Shown here piece after piece: positions 18,817 to 29,179 of a stretch of DNA of 64,000 nucleotides (its first letter is position 1; every line of letters begins with the position of its first letter). Origin of the DNA: a virus; the IMG/VR virus record IMGVR_UViG_3300022752_000023, positions 32,001 through 96,000 of that record; one strand, given 5' to 3'. The notes below the pieces were generated by a model. It was given only the letters and a program-made list of their open reading frames with translations, did not search any database and was not told the DNA's origin. The translations under genes were made by a program, and so were the position numbers.

Positions 18817-19266
18817 TTATGTTTCCTCTTTTGGTTCATTTTCCAGTTCATCACCTTTGCGGTTTTTCACCGGTGTATAGCCGTTTTCATCGGCCTGCGC
18901 CGGCGACAATGTGCGCAGCCAATACCCGGTTGAGCACATCTCACCTTTATTGCCGGTGACTTCGCAGATGTTGTACGACATAGCTTCTGCCATGCTGCAC
19001 ACGCCTTCTACATAATCGTCGCCGCCGTTGTAGTACAGCCGTAACCCGCCAAACTTTTCTTTGATTTGTACAAACTCAACAGGCGGGCATTCCGGGCGAT
19101 ATTTTATGTGGTTTGCAATACACGCGCACGCGTTGTAAAGCAGGTCAAACCATCCGTCGCCACACTCGCAGCCAAAACACATGAGCGATTCGGTCGGCGG
19201 TTTTTCTGCTCCTTTAAACAGCTCGGGGAATTTTGCAACAAGCTGCAGCTCAAGTTCGTCTCTCAT
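18817..19266 (-). CDS. Conserved phage protein (QxKEKFGxLRxY family)
   Basis: ECGDGWFDLL...VQIKEKFGGLRLYY...SYNICEVTG. Confidence 0.75.
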   Translation of the reverse strand: MRDELELQLVAKFPELFKGAEKPPTESLMCFGCECGDGWFDLLYNACACIANHIKYRPECPPVEFVQIKEKFGGLRLYYNGGDDYVEGVCSMAEAMSYNICEVTGNKGEMCSTGYWLRTLSPAQADENGYTPVKNRKGDELENEPKEET

Positions 19267-21415
19267 TTTTTCCGTCCTTGGGTTTACGGGTTTTGACGGG
19301 TTTTCTTGCTGCACGTTCAAATTTTTGCAGCAGGTCGACAATGGCGTCTTGCACGTCAAACGTTTTGCCTAGCTCGTCAAACGCAGATGGTTCGCGTAAA
19401 TATGGATCTTCTTTGCAGCCTTTAAACGCCGCGTTGTACTCGCGAATTAGCTCGATTTTGCGCGCGCCAAGTGCCGAGTTAACAACTCTGAGCGCTTCGT
19501 AGGCTAACTGCGCTTCTTGCGCTGTGAGTTTCATGTTATTCAGCCATCGCGACAACGCGCCGACTGTTTTTCTTTTCTGTTAGAGTAACCGGCGCGACGT
19601 GCTTGAGTTGTGAGCCGGGAATCAGTGCCGCCATGTGCCGCAAGAACGTCTGCTCAAATTCGGCTTTGGTCAAATCGGAGTAGGTGCCCATGCTGCCTTT
19701 GTGATAAACCATTTCGCCGCGATAAAGCAGCTTTCCTTCTTTGGTCATACGGCAGCGCCACGAGCACACACAACCAGATCGACGGTTCCACACCTCAAGA
19801 CCGACTATGACGTCTTCTTTGCGTACGTATTTACCGCATTTGCCGACCGGAATTTCCAGCTCTTCGAGGTCCTGATCGTAGTGTGGCACTATGATATCTT
19901 TGGCGCTTTCCCACACAGCTGGAATACAGGTATCCATAAAGGCCGCGTGCTGTCTGGCGAGCTGGTCGTCTTTCTTTTTTTCTTTAGCTATTAGCTCGTC
20001 GCAAACTTTTCTTTGCGCCGCGACTATTAAACTTAAAAGCTCATGGTTCTGTTGTTCCACTTTTGTCCTCAATAACATCCCAGCCGATATGCCGAAAGAC
20101 GCGCTGCGTCGCGCGAAAGTCGTCGCCGTCGTCGAGTCCGGGTACTATCAGCACGAGGGTTTTGTTTTTCTTATCAATACGGAACGTGGTGCCTGATCTA
20201 GGAATTCCCCACACCGCGTCTTGCGCAGCAGCCGCCACGAGACTGCGACACCACATCAGCACTGACTCGGACGGATTATCTAGCTCAAAATTGTTATTGA
20301 GCGCTACCATCGGATTTCGTTTCTCCGGCGGTCAAGGGTTCAGTCTTAAAGTAGTTGTTAGCAGCTGCGGCCCGGATATAGTCGCCCACCAAAAGGTCGT
20401 GTCCAACCTCGATTGCGGCGAACTTGGCCAGCGTTTCATCCAGATACTCCGCGTCCATAACAAGCGAATCTGGCCACGACGCTGCTTCCTCGGCGTATAG
20501 TTGGTCCGCGCCGTTGGCTTTGTAAAACTTTATTACTTCGTTGCGGTAGAACTCTTCTGCCGCTGGGCCGCGTAAAATCTTGGTTTCAACGGCTGCCTCT
20601 GCCGTGTTGTCGTCGTCATCGTGCGCGTCAGCGAGACGGAGCGTGCAGAGACAGCCCGAAAGTTGCGCGATAATTGTCGCCACGGTTTCGTCGTCTTGTT
20701 TTTCGCAGAAGCTGCTGGCAAAAGCCCGCAGCAGCAGCTCTTCGATAAGCTCTGCGGTTACTGGTTCTTTGTTTGCAACCAGATACTGCAGCCGTAAATC
20801 TTCTCTGCTCATACAGAACTCGCTTCTGGTTTAGGGTCGAGGCGCTTGTGAAGCTCGTCGCGCCACACATATGCCTGCGAGCCGCGGCCAAACTTGGTTG
20901 GGCAGTTGATATCAAAATCGCGGATCATGCTGGACAGCGCGTCTAGTCCGTAGATTCCGCGCATCTGGTTGACCGGTTTGCCGTCAGGCCCAGAGATGGT
21001 GTACTTCGGGTTACTGAAATCGCTCTCGTAAATCGTGGTGCAGCGGTCGACCATTTCCTGCGGCACGCCTACGTCCAAAAACGCTTGTGGTTCAAATATC
21101 GTGTGGCCGTCGCAGATGTCTGCTGCGGCGAGCACAATGTGCGCGGGAATGTCAGTCCATTTGATGGTATGACCTTCAGTCATCTGTCTGCTCCTCGCAT
21201 ATGCTGTCGTAGTTCTGCTCGTCGTCGCTGCTGAGCCCTTCGTATTCGGCGATGCAGCAGCCGCACACAAGCCGATTGATCCATCGATGTGCGTCATCTA
21301 CCTCGATCTCTTCGCCGCAGGCGGCGCACGGAATGATCGTGTCTTCTAGGTAGGCTAGCAGCTTTTCTTCGTCCTGCAACGCGGCGTCTTCGACGCTGTC
21401 GTGGATAGAGTGCAT
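19250..21415 (-). CDS. Array of small hypothetical genes (19250-~19534, 19536-20078, 20041-20310, 20294-20812, 20809-~21183, 21176-21415)
   Basis: Overlapping head-to-tail ORFs on the minus strand. Confidence 0.6.
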
Positions 21416-21430
21416 GATTGTTTTCCTAGC

Positions 21431-21463
21431 GCCCGGGCGGTAGTTTTTGGCTACCGCCCGGGC
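21431..21463. terminator. GC-rich hairpin (terminator or processing site)
   Basis: 13-bp stem GCCCGGGCGGTAG/CTACCGCCCGGGC in an intergenic gap; no clear U-tract. Confidence 0.5.
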
Positions 21464-21482
21464 AATGGCCTCGGTTTAGATA

Positions 21483-22106
21483 TCAGTCCCAGACGCGGAT
21501 GACGGTGTTGTCCCGGGCAACCGTACGCTGGTAGGTGATCCGATACGTGCCCGGCGGCAGCAGCCAATCGCCGTGCTCCGGGTGCGTGATCGTATTGGCC
21601 TTGGTCAGCCGGAGAATCGGACCCGCAAACGTGAGCATCGCGAGCGCGTCTTGAGCGGTCACCATGTTCGACGGCGCGTTCGGATTGGTCCGGCGCTCGG
21701 CCCACTCCGCCTCCTGCAGGCGCGGCCGCCAGTTCGGCTCCGCAGTGGAGATGCCGCGCATCTCGGCGAGCTGCGCAAACATCTCGCGCGAGTTGGCTTC
21801 TACCGGGCTGTAAACAGTCGCGCCATCGCCGTGAGCCAGACAGTGCCGGCTGCCCTTGGTGTTACCCTCGGCAAGCTGCAGCGGGAATACAGGCTGCAGC
21901 ACACGCGTATAAAGCAGCGGTGTTCCCGAAACGTCGTCGATCTTCTGGATATAAATGTCGCCCTGTCGCGCGGCGTCGCCAACACTGGCCGCCTCGGGGA
22001 ACTGCTGCGGGGCGTCGTTTTTAATCTGCTCAACAGCCGCGGCGGCGGCGCGAAGCCGCGCCACCGTGGCGTGCGAAACTGGGGCGTCAATAACAGCTGT
22101 ACTCAT
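21483..22106 (-). CDS. Conserved phage protein (RQGD...LAEG...H...HxEH family), usual partner of DUF6745
   Basis: ARQGDIYI, LAEGNTKGSRH and ITHPEHGDWLLPPGTYRITYQR. Confidence 0.7.
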   Translation of the reverse strand: MSTAVIDAPVSHATVARLRAAAAAVEQIKNDAPQQFPEAASVGDAARQGDIYIQKIDDVSGTPLLYTRVLQPVFPLQLAEGNTKGSRHCLAHGDGATVYSPVEANSREMFAQLAEMRGISTAEPNWRPRLQEAEWAERRTNPNAPSNMVTAQDALAMLTFAGPILRLTKANTITHPEHGDWLLPPGTYRITYQRTVARDNTVIRVWD

Positions 22107-22126
22107 GAAAAACTCCTTTGTGTGAT

Positions 22127-23557
22127 TTAAGATGCACCAATAACTCGAACCGGATTGGCCGCGTACGGAACACGCGCAGTGGTTCCCGCATCCGCCATCC
22201 AACTTTGCGCCTCGGCGCAACTACTAATATTGCGCGGTACGCTAAGAAAATAACGCCTACCCGTGGACCGACAGAACAACACCATTCGGTTTTGACCGGC
22301 GCTGTTTTCATGCCCACGCGGCGGACCAACCAGCATCTCGGTTGTGTTATCAATATCGTTAACACGGCTGTCGAGAATCGGGCAGTCTGCCTCGGCAATA
22401 AATCGATCCCAACCAAACTTTTCAATAGCAAGCCGGCGTGTTTCTTCGTTACGAATGCGCATGATGTGCGCCGTCGATAGTTGCTCCGGCTTTTCGACAA
22501 TCGTTCGGCCGGCTTCGTTCATAAAGTGTCCGTCATTGAACCACAGCTTCACGCCGTCGGCCCACTGGACTGCCGGCCCGGTCGTGCTGTGCAGATTGTC
22601 AGCCTCGTTTAACGCAATACGCGGACGATCAGCAAGAATGATGCACGACGACTGAAACGCAGCAAACGCTGTGCAGTGATGAAACACTTCGTGCTCCCAC
22701 GTCGTTGCTGGGTCGTCGATCTTCAAAATCTTGCACAGAATTTCAGCGTCGATTGCCTGCGGTACGCTGCCGAGAAAAACTCCGTCGGCTGCAAGCGAAT
22801 CAGTTGGGTTGATTAACTCGTCAATTGACACGACTCGATTCAGCTCGCCGATAGCTCCGGCGGTTGAGCTGCTGTCAAAAATGATTTTGTTGGCAACCTC
22901 AGACACTTTCTTTGCTGTTTTTAACACTTCGTTGTTGCGCATCGTCCCGTCCCAGCTACGAAAACTTTCCGTGACTGAACCGAGACCGATAGTGTCGTTA
23001 AACATTGAGCGAAAAAGATTGACTGTAATGGACAAGTTATTTGTCTTGTACATGACAATGTCTTCTACGCTTTGCCCGCGATTACGCCACCAGCGTCGTG
23101 ACAGTCCAAAAGAGTTTGCAACGAGCTTTTCGTTCGACATGTACTCTTTGCGAATTGCCCGCAACCACGTTCGGGTAAACGCGTTGTTTTGCATGTTGCT
23201 CCACCACCGGCGGCGGTCGCTATTCCAACCGAGCAACGAGTCTTTACGCAGCGGACGAATAAACGAGCTGTCAATCTCAAGCTCGCGGCACAGCTCTTTC
23301 GCGTATGTCTTTGTCATCCGGCCGCGTACTACAGCCATTGAAATCATGAACGTGACGGGAGACGCAGCTACGTGAAAAGTCACGGGGCTTTTCTTATAGC
23401 GATCTGACCGAAACGAACCTAAACCGCCTTCGTAACCGGCGCGAAGTATTTCTGCGGCTTTATTGTGGTTCGGTTGGCCGGCGTGAATAGTCTCAAGCCA
23501 GCGATCGATCGTGTTTTCAACAATGGTTCGAGTTGCTTTGGAGATCTTAGATTTCAT
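22127..23557 (-). CDS. DUF6745-like protein
   Basis: IILADRP...LHSTTGPAVQWADGVKLWF...IRNEETRRLAIEKFGWDRF...CRSTGRRYFLSVP. Confidence 0.7.
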   Translation of the reverse strand: MKSKISKATRTIVENTIDRWLETIHAGQPNHNKAAEILRAGYEGGLGSFRSDRYKKSPVTFHVAASPVTFMISMAVVRGRMTKTYAKELCRELEIDSSFIRPLRKDSLLGWNSDRRRWWSNMQNNAFTRTWLRAIRKEYMSNEKLVANSFGLSRRWWRNRGQSVEDIVMYKTNNLSITVNLFRSMFNDTIGLGSVTESFRSWDGTMRNNEVLKTAKKVSEVANKIIFDSSSTAGAIGELNRVVSIDELINPTDSLAADGVFLGSVPQAIDAEILCKILKIDDPATTWEHEVFHHCTAFAAFQSSCIILADRPRIALNEADNLHSTTGPAVQWADGVKLWFNDGHFMNEAGRTIVEKPEQLSTAHIMRIRNEETRRLAIEKFGWDRFIAEADCPILDSRVNDIDNTTEMLVGPPRGHENSAGQNRMVLFCRSTGRRYFLSVPRNISSCAEAQSWMADAGTTARVPYAANPVRVIGAS

Positions 23558-23558
23558 G

Positions 23559-24014
23559 TTAGATGGTGGTTGCCATGATTGGGTCAACAAACCCGCAGTT
23601 TAGCGTGCTGTCTGTCAGCACAATTTCAAATGTTTCAAAATGATCGCAGTTCTGTACCCAGCTGCGCGGAATATTAATTACTTCGGCAAAGTCATCGCCG
23701 CCGACAAGCTCGCGGCTGTTGTCGTAGTATTCGTCGTCTGTATTTGGGTTGCAGTGCTCGGCGTAAACAACGTGCGCGCCGCTGGCGACGCCCTCGACGT
23801 CTCTCGGGATACCGTTGCTCATGAGGTATACGCCGCGATCGTGCACAAACACTAATCCGGGGCCGACGGGGGTGCGCGTTTCCGGCGGCTCTAATCCAAG
23901 CTCGCGAAACTGCTCGTCCGTCATGTTCTCGTGGCCCATGTCAAACTCTGTCGCAGCGTATGCGTGCTCAAGGCAGCGCTTTACCTCCGCGGCTTTAAAC
24001 CTTAACACTGGCAT
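23559..24014 (-). CDS. DUF3085-like protein
   Basis: LVFVHDRGVYLMSNG...VVYAEHCNP...GGDDFAE. Confidence 0.8.
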   Translation of the reverse strand: MPVLRFKAAEVKRCLEHAYAATEFDMGHENMTDEQFRELGLEPPETRTPVGPGLVFVHDRGVYLMSNGIPRDVEGVASGAHVVYAEHCNPNTDDEYYDNSRELVGGDDFAEVINIPRSWVQNCDHFETFEIVLTDSTLNCGFVDPIMATTI

Positions 24015-24369
24015 CGTCTAGCTCTTTCTCTAGGTTTTTACCTCTACCAAACATCCACGCATCGCCGTCTTCCGGTCGAATGCGGCGCAGCCAATCAGCA
24101 ACGCTCGGGATGTAGCCAAGGTCTTCGTTGACGTGCTGCTCGCCGATATACCGTACCGGCACGACGCGCCCGTCAGAATTCGTGATTACTTTTCCGAAGA
24201 TTCGTTCTGATAAGAAAATCCCTTCGGAATGGTGCCGCAGCGCGCGATGACGAAAATCTGCTATATGCGCCTTGGACCCATCAAACCATTCGTGGATAGC
24301 GAGATAGTCGTCTACCTCGCCTCCCCACTTGCGCACTGACGACAGCGCGTGGTGGTACGGATGTGCCAT
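23995..24369 (-). CDS. DUF6915-like protein
   Basis: MAHPYHHALSSVRKWGG...IHEWFD.SK...RHRALRHHSEG...EQHVNEDLG.IPS..DW. Confidence 0.8.
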   Translation of the reverse strand: MAHPYHHALSSVRKWGGEVDDYLAIHEWFDGSKAHIADFRHRALRHHSEGIFLSERIFGKVITNSDGRVVPVRYIGEQHVNEDLGYIPSVADWLRRIRPEDGDAWMFGRGKNLEKELDDASVKV

Positions 24370-24579
24370 TAGTCTCCTGTGTACAAATCCAGCACAGACG
24401 CAAGAGCGCTGTGTGTCGCTGACCAGTCCATTTTTTCTTCTGCAATTTCTGCCGCGCGCTCCCAGTCTTCGTTGTCTTCGCGGTTAAATTGATCTGCAAA
24501 CCACCACGCCGCGATAACGTTTCTGACTCCGCTTTTTTTGGCAGCTTGTAGTTTTCTTATTGCTTCGTCGATGGTCATA

Positions 24580-25023
24580 TCACCACTCGTTTTCAGTGGT
24601 GTTTGTTTCCATGATGCGCTCGTTGTGCTGATGTTTAATCTTGCATTTGAGCGTGTCGATTTCGATCTCGCCAAAGCTGCCTTCGTTGATCTCCCAACCG
24701 CCCGGAAGAAGATCCCAGAGCGTTTCAGAAAACTCCTCAAGCCTTTCGAGCGAAATGATGGGCTTGGCGTCAGTGCCGGTCGGCGTTGCGTACTGCCGTT
24801 TGAACTCTTCGAAATAAACTCTGCGGCCGTTTGTAGAAGCTTCCATAGCTTCGCTGTCGTGCTGTGCTACGGGGTCGCAGAACCAGAAGCAGAGTTCTTG
24901 AAAATCCCCAGAATCGCCGCTGCCGTCATACGACGCGACTACACGTGTCACGCCGACTGCAGTAAACAGCGGGCAGATTTCTTTGAGCGTTTCAATTGGC
25001 GTTTTGACTTTGGTTTTTGCCAT
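24580..25023 (-). CDS. DUF6878-like protein
   Basis: VVASYDGSGDSG...GWEINEGSFG; this family is commonly next to DUF6915. Confidence 0.75.
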   Translation of the reverse strand: MAKTKVKTPIETLKEICPLFTAVGVTRVVASYDGSGDSGDFQELCFWFCDPVAQHDSEAMEASTNGRRVYFEEFKRQYATPTGTDAKPIISLERLEEFSETLWDLLPGGWEINEGSFGEIEIDTLKCKIKHQHNERIMETNTTENEW

Positions 25024-25024
25024 G

Positions 25025-25525
25025 TTAATAAGACGCGTACACCGTGCAGGGTTTACCGGTTTTCTTTTCCTTCTCCTCAGCAAGCGCGACAAAATTTTGA
25101 AACGACTTGACCACGCGATCCGCAAGGTTTGGGTCGCCGTATAGTCGCGTTTGCCGCTCACGCACAGCTTCCTCGACAGTCATTGGTCTGGTTGTGTCGC
25201 TTCTGATGTTTCCGCCTTCCACGACTTCGGCGCCGGTTGACTGCACCATATTCAAAAACATTTCAGCCAGCTGATGGCCTTCAGCTGTCATCGCGGGCTC
25301 TGTGACATGCGTCAGCCGCTCTCGCATGATTGCGGCTGGAATTTCCGCGCGGCAGTCATCGGCCTCGAACGCTTCGCGTACGAGAATGCGTGTGGCATAC
25401 GGCCCGCCGTGATACGCTTCGCGCAGATAGCCGACGTGGCCGGACGTAGTCGAAAAGCCGGTGGCTTGCGCTGACTTTTCTTCCTCATCCATTCCTTCCC
25501 ATTCCAGATAGATATCAATACCCAT
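25025..25525 (-). CDS. Hypothetical phage protein
   Basis: MGIDIYL...GYLREAYHG. Confidence 0.7.
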   Translation of the reverse strand: MGIDIYLEWEGMDEEEKSAQATGFSTTSGHVGYLREAYHGGPYATRILVREAFEADDCRAEIPAAIMRERLTHVTEPAMTAEGHQLAEMFLNMVQSTGAEVVEGGNIRSDTTRPMTVEEAVRERQTRLYGDPNLADRVVKSFQNFVALAEEKEKKTGKPCTVYASY

Positions 25526-25772
25526 TACTTGCCCCTCTTCTTTTTGCAGTTGAGTGCGGCGGTCATGTCAGACTTTGAGGCGTCGCTAATGTCGAGCGAG
25601 CAGCCACTGTCTTTGTGTGTCAGTACTATTTTTTTATCGAGCTTTTTGATGTCAGCAAGAACGGCAGCAGTTTCGGCAGCCGCCTCGTCTACAGCCTCGA
25701 TGACGTATGTTTCTGCTCGGGTGCGAGAAATGCGAACATGGAAATAAGGCATTGTGTCCTCGGTAAATAAAG

Positions 25773-25808
25773 AGAGGGCGCCGGGAGAACTAACCCCCGG
25801 CGCCCTCT
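25773..25808 (-). terminator. Rho-independent terminator
   Basis: 13-bp stem AGAGGGCGCCGGG/CCCGGCGCCCTCT followed by CTTTATTT on the minus strand. Confidence 0.7.
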
Positions 25809-25840
25809 ACAACTAGCTGTTGTTAATTACTGCCGGCAGT

Positions 25841-26164
25841 TCACTGGCAGCAGCAGCCACGGCAGCCACGGGCGCGAACCACGCGGGCCGGCGCCGTCAC
25901 AACGCGCACCGGAACCTCGACGACCGCGCGAGTGACCGTACGCGTCCGCTCGATCGTCCGACCGAACAGGGCAGCGCGGCACGAGCTGCGGCACGAGCTT
26001 TCCGTGCGGCAGGTGCCGTTGGCGCACGCTGGCGCCGCGTCCGCGACCACCGCCGGAGCAGCGGCCGCGGGCTGCACCAGCACGCTCTGGGGCTCGCCGG
26101 CATCGCCAGCAAACGCAACGGACGAAACGAACGCAAGGACCACAGCTGCAAAACAAGACTTCAT
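25841..26164 (-). CDS. Small secreted Cys/Arg-rich protein of planctomycete style
   Basis: Signal peptide MKSCFAAVVLAFVSSVAFA, then ACANGTC...CRGCCCQ. It has an AAGGAG Shine-Dalgarno and its own terminator. Confidence 0.65.
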   Translation of the reverse strand: MKSCFAAVVLAFVSSVAFAGDAGEPQSVLVQPAAAAPAVVADAAPACANGTCRTESSCRSSCRAALFGRTIERTRTVTRAVVEVPVRVVTAPARVVRARGCRGCCCQ

Positions 26165-26233
26165 GTCAATCTCCTTGAACTACCGAACAAATATTGCCGC
26201 ACGCGCGGCAATAACCTGCTCAGCGATACTATC

Positions 26234-26299
26234 TGTATAGCTGAACAGGATTTTGTTGCAACCCCAAAATCCAAAATAGATTTTGGGGAGTTTTGTCAA
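26234..26299 (-). promoter_or_regulatory. Putative sigma70-like promoter with an adjacent inverted repeat
   Basis: TTGCAA-16nt-TATACA, with an upstream TTGACA and the inverted repeat CCCCAAAATC/GATTTTGGGG at 26262-26288. Confidence 0.4.
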
Positions 26300-26308
26300 A
26301 ATGCGTAA

Positions 26309-26578
26309 TTACTCGCGCACTACGTGAACGTTGTACCAGAACATTTTGTCGTTGAGCCATTTGGCCTCGGCGGCGAGTGCGTCTGCGCGCGACTCAAAGT
26401 TGCGCAGACACGGCCCGCCGACTGGCGATAAATCTGCAATCCACTGTCCCGGAATTGTCGGGTCAGGCTCGACGTGACTGGCACGTTTGATATCAAGCTC
26501 ACCCAGCGCTTTTAGGTTGATCTCTTCGCCATAGAGACACTGCGCTGAGCCGTTTGGGCGAATGTATAGTTGCAGCAT
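26309..26578 (-). CDS. Small conserved protein of the DUF1257/DUF2997/AAA cluster
   Basis: CLYGEEINLKALG.LDIKRASHVEPD...WIADLSPVGGP.L..F..R..AL.AE..WL. Confidence 0.7.
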   Translation of the reverse strand: MLQLYIRPNGSAQCLYGEEINLKALGELDIKRASHVEPDPTIPGQWIADLSPVGGPCLRNFESRADALAAEAKWLNDKMFWYNVHVVRE

Positions 26579-26579
26579 G

Positions 26580-27578
26580 CTACATCGACATCAGGCGGCG
26601 AGAAGGTATTAGCTCGTTCATATTGACGGGTCGCGGCAAATGCGCCGCGGCGGCAGGTGTATACAAGTTTTGCCGCCGACGCTCAGACCGAGACACGTTG
26701 TACGCGTTAAATTGCGTGACGTTGTCAATGATTGCGCCGGCAAACAAAGCGTCGTCGTGTACGTCTTCACGCGTGTAGGTTTGCGTCGGGCCGTCATACG
26801 TAGGTCGAAAAATGATATGACCGCCTGCTACAACCGCGTGCCCGCGAAACGCCAGTAGCGCGTTGATTTGTTCGACGTTTGCGATGATGGCGTAATCGAC
26901 AACTTTCAGCCGCGAACGTTCGAATGTCGGGTCGTTTTGCTCTCGCGAGTAGATTGACACCTGCATCAGTTTGCTGCCTACGACCTGCGCTTTCCCGGCA
27001 ATAGTGACAAAGCCGCGAAGAACGGAGCTGCTGATTTGCGCCTCACCGCCGACGTACGCCTGCCCTTCCAGCGACGTTTGAATTGCAATAGCTTTTCCCG
27101 AAATACCGCAGTGACCGCGCAACGTGCAACTGATAACGCGGGCGTTGTCTCGGATAAAAGCGTTTTCATACGCTGTGGTCGAGCCCGAAACGATGCCGCC
27201 GTACACGCGCGCTTCGTTTGAGAATTGGCAGTCGTCCATCACGCGCGCGCGCCCGCTGATGCTCGCAAATTGGTTCAGTTTTACGTTTCCGCTGACGTGC
27301 GCGTATCCGCAGATCTGGGCCCGATCATGTACGCGTACGTTGCCCTCAACGCGGGCATTGTGATACACCTGCGCCAGTTTGTAAACAAAAACCGAATCGG
27401 CAACTTTCGCGGTATCTGCTACCCAGCCCTCGCCGTTAACGTGGCGATGCGCAAACACGCGGCCGTTACCGTCTTTGAAATCATGCTTTGACGCCCGTTT
27501 CTTCTTTGGTTTGACCGCGGCCATCACCTCTGCCGCCGCATCTAGTACGGCGACAGAGCTGTCTTTTTGTTCCTCCAT
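26580..27578 (-). CDS. Hexapeptide-repeat (left-handed beta-helix-like) protein
   Basis: Repeated AxVxGx-type units: AQVYHN ARVEGN VRVHDR AQICGY AHVSGN. Confidence 0.75.
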   Translation of the reverse strand: MEEQKDSSVAVLDAAAEVMAAVKPKKKRASKHDFKDGNGRVFAHRHVNGEGWVADTAKVADSVFVYKLAQVYHNARVEGNVRVHDRAQICGYAHVSGNVKLNQFASISGRARVMDDCQFSNEARVYGGIVSGSTTAYENAFIRDNARVISCTLRGHCGISGKAIAIQTSLEGQAYVGGEAQISSSVLRGFVTIAGKAQVVGSKLMQVSIYSREQNDPTFERSRLKVVDYAIIANVEQINALLAFRGHAVVAGGHIIFRPTYDGPTQTYTREDVHDDALFAGAIIDNVTQFNAYNVSRSERRRQNLYTPAAAAHLPRPVNMNELIPSRRLMSM

Positions 27579-28525
27579 CACGACTCCATCGGAAGGACAC
27601 GCCGTCTTGGCGCGTTTGTGATCATGCTGTCTAGCGCCGTCTTTACCTCACCCATTTGCTGCGTCAGGCTTTGCCGCAGGTTTGTGTTCTTACGAAGATC
27701 CGCGACATCCACGCCAGACACGATGTTGGTCGCCTGCTCAATGAGCCTGTCGAGCTGTGCGTTAGACCGCACGTTCATACGCCGAAAGTTTTCAGAGAAC
27801 TCTTTGAAATTCTCGATTGCCGACGCCTTGAACGTCTTTTTCGTGCCATCGGGCTCGTCGGTCAGCCGCTCGATGAGGTGGGCGATCATGTCCTGCAGCT
27901 GCTCAGCAAACGCGTTTTCGGCCATAACGACCGCCGTTTCGAATCTGTGCTGTACGCGCTGCTGTTCTTGCTGATAAAGCTCAGGATTGAACGTCATCAG
28001 ATAATTCGGCGGCTCGACGGGCGGATACTCCCATCGGATATCAAATACGCCCTCCAGCGACGTCGGATAGTCCGCTGGGTTGTATAAGTCGCCAAGCTTT
28101 TCGCGGGCAGCTGTTTTGAGTGTTTCGTACTCCAGCTGTAAGTTTGCCGCAGCCGCGACTAGCTGCTCCTTGTATTCGCGCATCTTGTCTTCAAACGCGC
28201 CAATGTCCGATTGTTTAATCAGTCGGACACCGTCCTGCGGATAGGGCAGTGTCATTGAGCGCCAGTAAGCTGACGCTTGGCTCTTGAGCGTTGTTAACAC
28301 GCGATATGTCGTGTTCTTTGTATCAATCAGCCGTTTCGACGCGGTGACTAGATCAGTCGCGGCGTGAAACGTGTCAGCAGCTTGTTTGGTCTGCGCATCT
28401 GAAAGCTTGCGCTGCGTACCGAGCCACGAGAACGACAGCTTGACCGCGCCCATCGTCTGGCGCAGTTCGTCAGCCGTTCGCTCTACTGCTGCGGTTTCTG
28501 CTGGCGTTGTGTCTGTTGTAGACAT
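27578..28525 (-). CDS. DUF3150-like protein
   Basis: AVKLSFSWLG..RKL...SKRLID...TLPY...GVRLI...LGDLYNPADYP; located in the AAA ATPase cluster. Confidence 0.6.
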   Translation of the reverse strand: MSTTDTTPAETAAVERTADELRQTMGAVKLSFSWLGTQRKLSDAQTKQAADTFHAATDLVTASKRLIDTKNTTYRVLTTLKSQASAYWRSMTLPYPQDGVRLIKQSDIGAFEDKMREYKEQLVAAAANLQLEYETLKTAAREKLGDLYNPADYPTSLEGVFDIRWEYPPVEPPNYLMTFNPELYQQEQQRVQHRFETAVVMAENAFAEQLQDMIAHLIERLTDEPDGTKKTFKASAIENFKEFSENFRRMNVRSNAQLDRLIEQATNIVSGVDVADLRKNTNLRQSLTQQMGEVKTALDSMITNAPRRRVLPMES

Positions 28526-29116
28526 TCAGTCTTCCTCTTCGTCGGCTGTTTCTGCTTCATTGTTCACCCACTCGTCGATTCCGAACGCATTCACAAGCCC
28601 TTTTGGGAGCTTGGTTAACTCGTCTATATTGCGTGGAATACTAAACTCCTGAATCGCCCCATTTTGATATACGCCACAAAACCCTACGCCCGGCTCAAAG
28701 CAGTAGGCTGTGATATCAAAACCCTCGGCGGCGTGTAGGTGGTCAAAGAATTGAATTGGCGGCGACCATGCAGAATCAAACGTCAATGTGAGCTGTTTGG
28801 CTTTTGCGGATAGCCGCTTTGGCGTCTGATCCGTCTCGCGGCCGACATCCCACTTTGTTCCCCAGTGACCTATCTGCCAGTCATACCAATTCTTCGCCCC
28901 ATACAACTCCATGTTTTGCTGCTCCTGCGCTTCTAAAGCTAGTTGCGCCGTAGACCCGGATGGGCCGGCGCAACCGGCGATAGTCGCTTTCAGTTCAGCC
29001 GGGCACGGTAAAAACGTACTCATAAGACAACCACTGTTCCATGCGCGCACCAACTTGTGCAACTGCTCCGGGTCGTTGTGTTTAAACGTAACTTTGTTGG
29101 CGCACCAGTTAGGCAT
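28526..29116 (-). CDS. YubB/DUF1281 ferredoxin-like domain protein
   Basis: MPNWCAN...NWYDWQIGHWGTKWD...FDSAWSPP...EPG.GF.G. Confidence 0.8.
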   Translation of the reverse strand: MPNWCANKVTFKHNDPEQLHKLVRAWNSGCLMSTFLPCPAELKATIAGCAGPSGSTAQLALEAQEQQNMELYGAKNWYDWQIGHWGTKWDVGRETDQTPKRLSAKAKQLTLTFDSAWSPPIQFFDHLHAAEGFDITAYCFEPGVGFCGVYQNGAIQEFSIPRNIDELTKLPKGLVNAFGIDEWVNNEAETADEEED

Positions 29117-29126
29117 GATTTGGCGT

Positions 29127-29162
29127 GCAATCCGCAGCTGCGGGGCGTTGCCGCCCCGCAGC
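29127..29162. other. GC-rich intergenic hairpin
   Basis: GCTGCGGGGCG-TTGC-CGCCCCGCAGC between the ATPase stop and the yubB-like start. Confidence 0.55.
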
Positions 29163-29179
29163 CGCAGTCTTGCTAGCAC

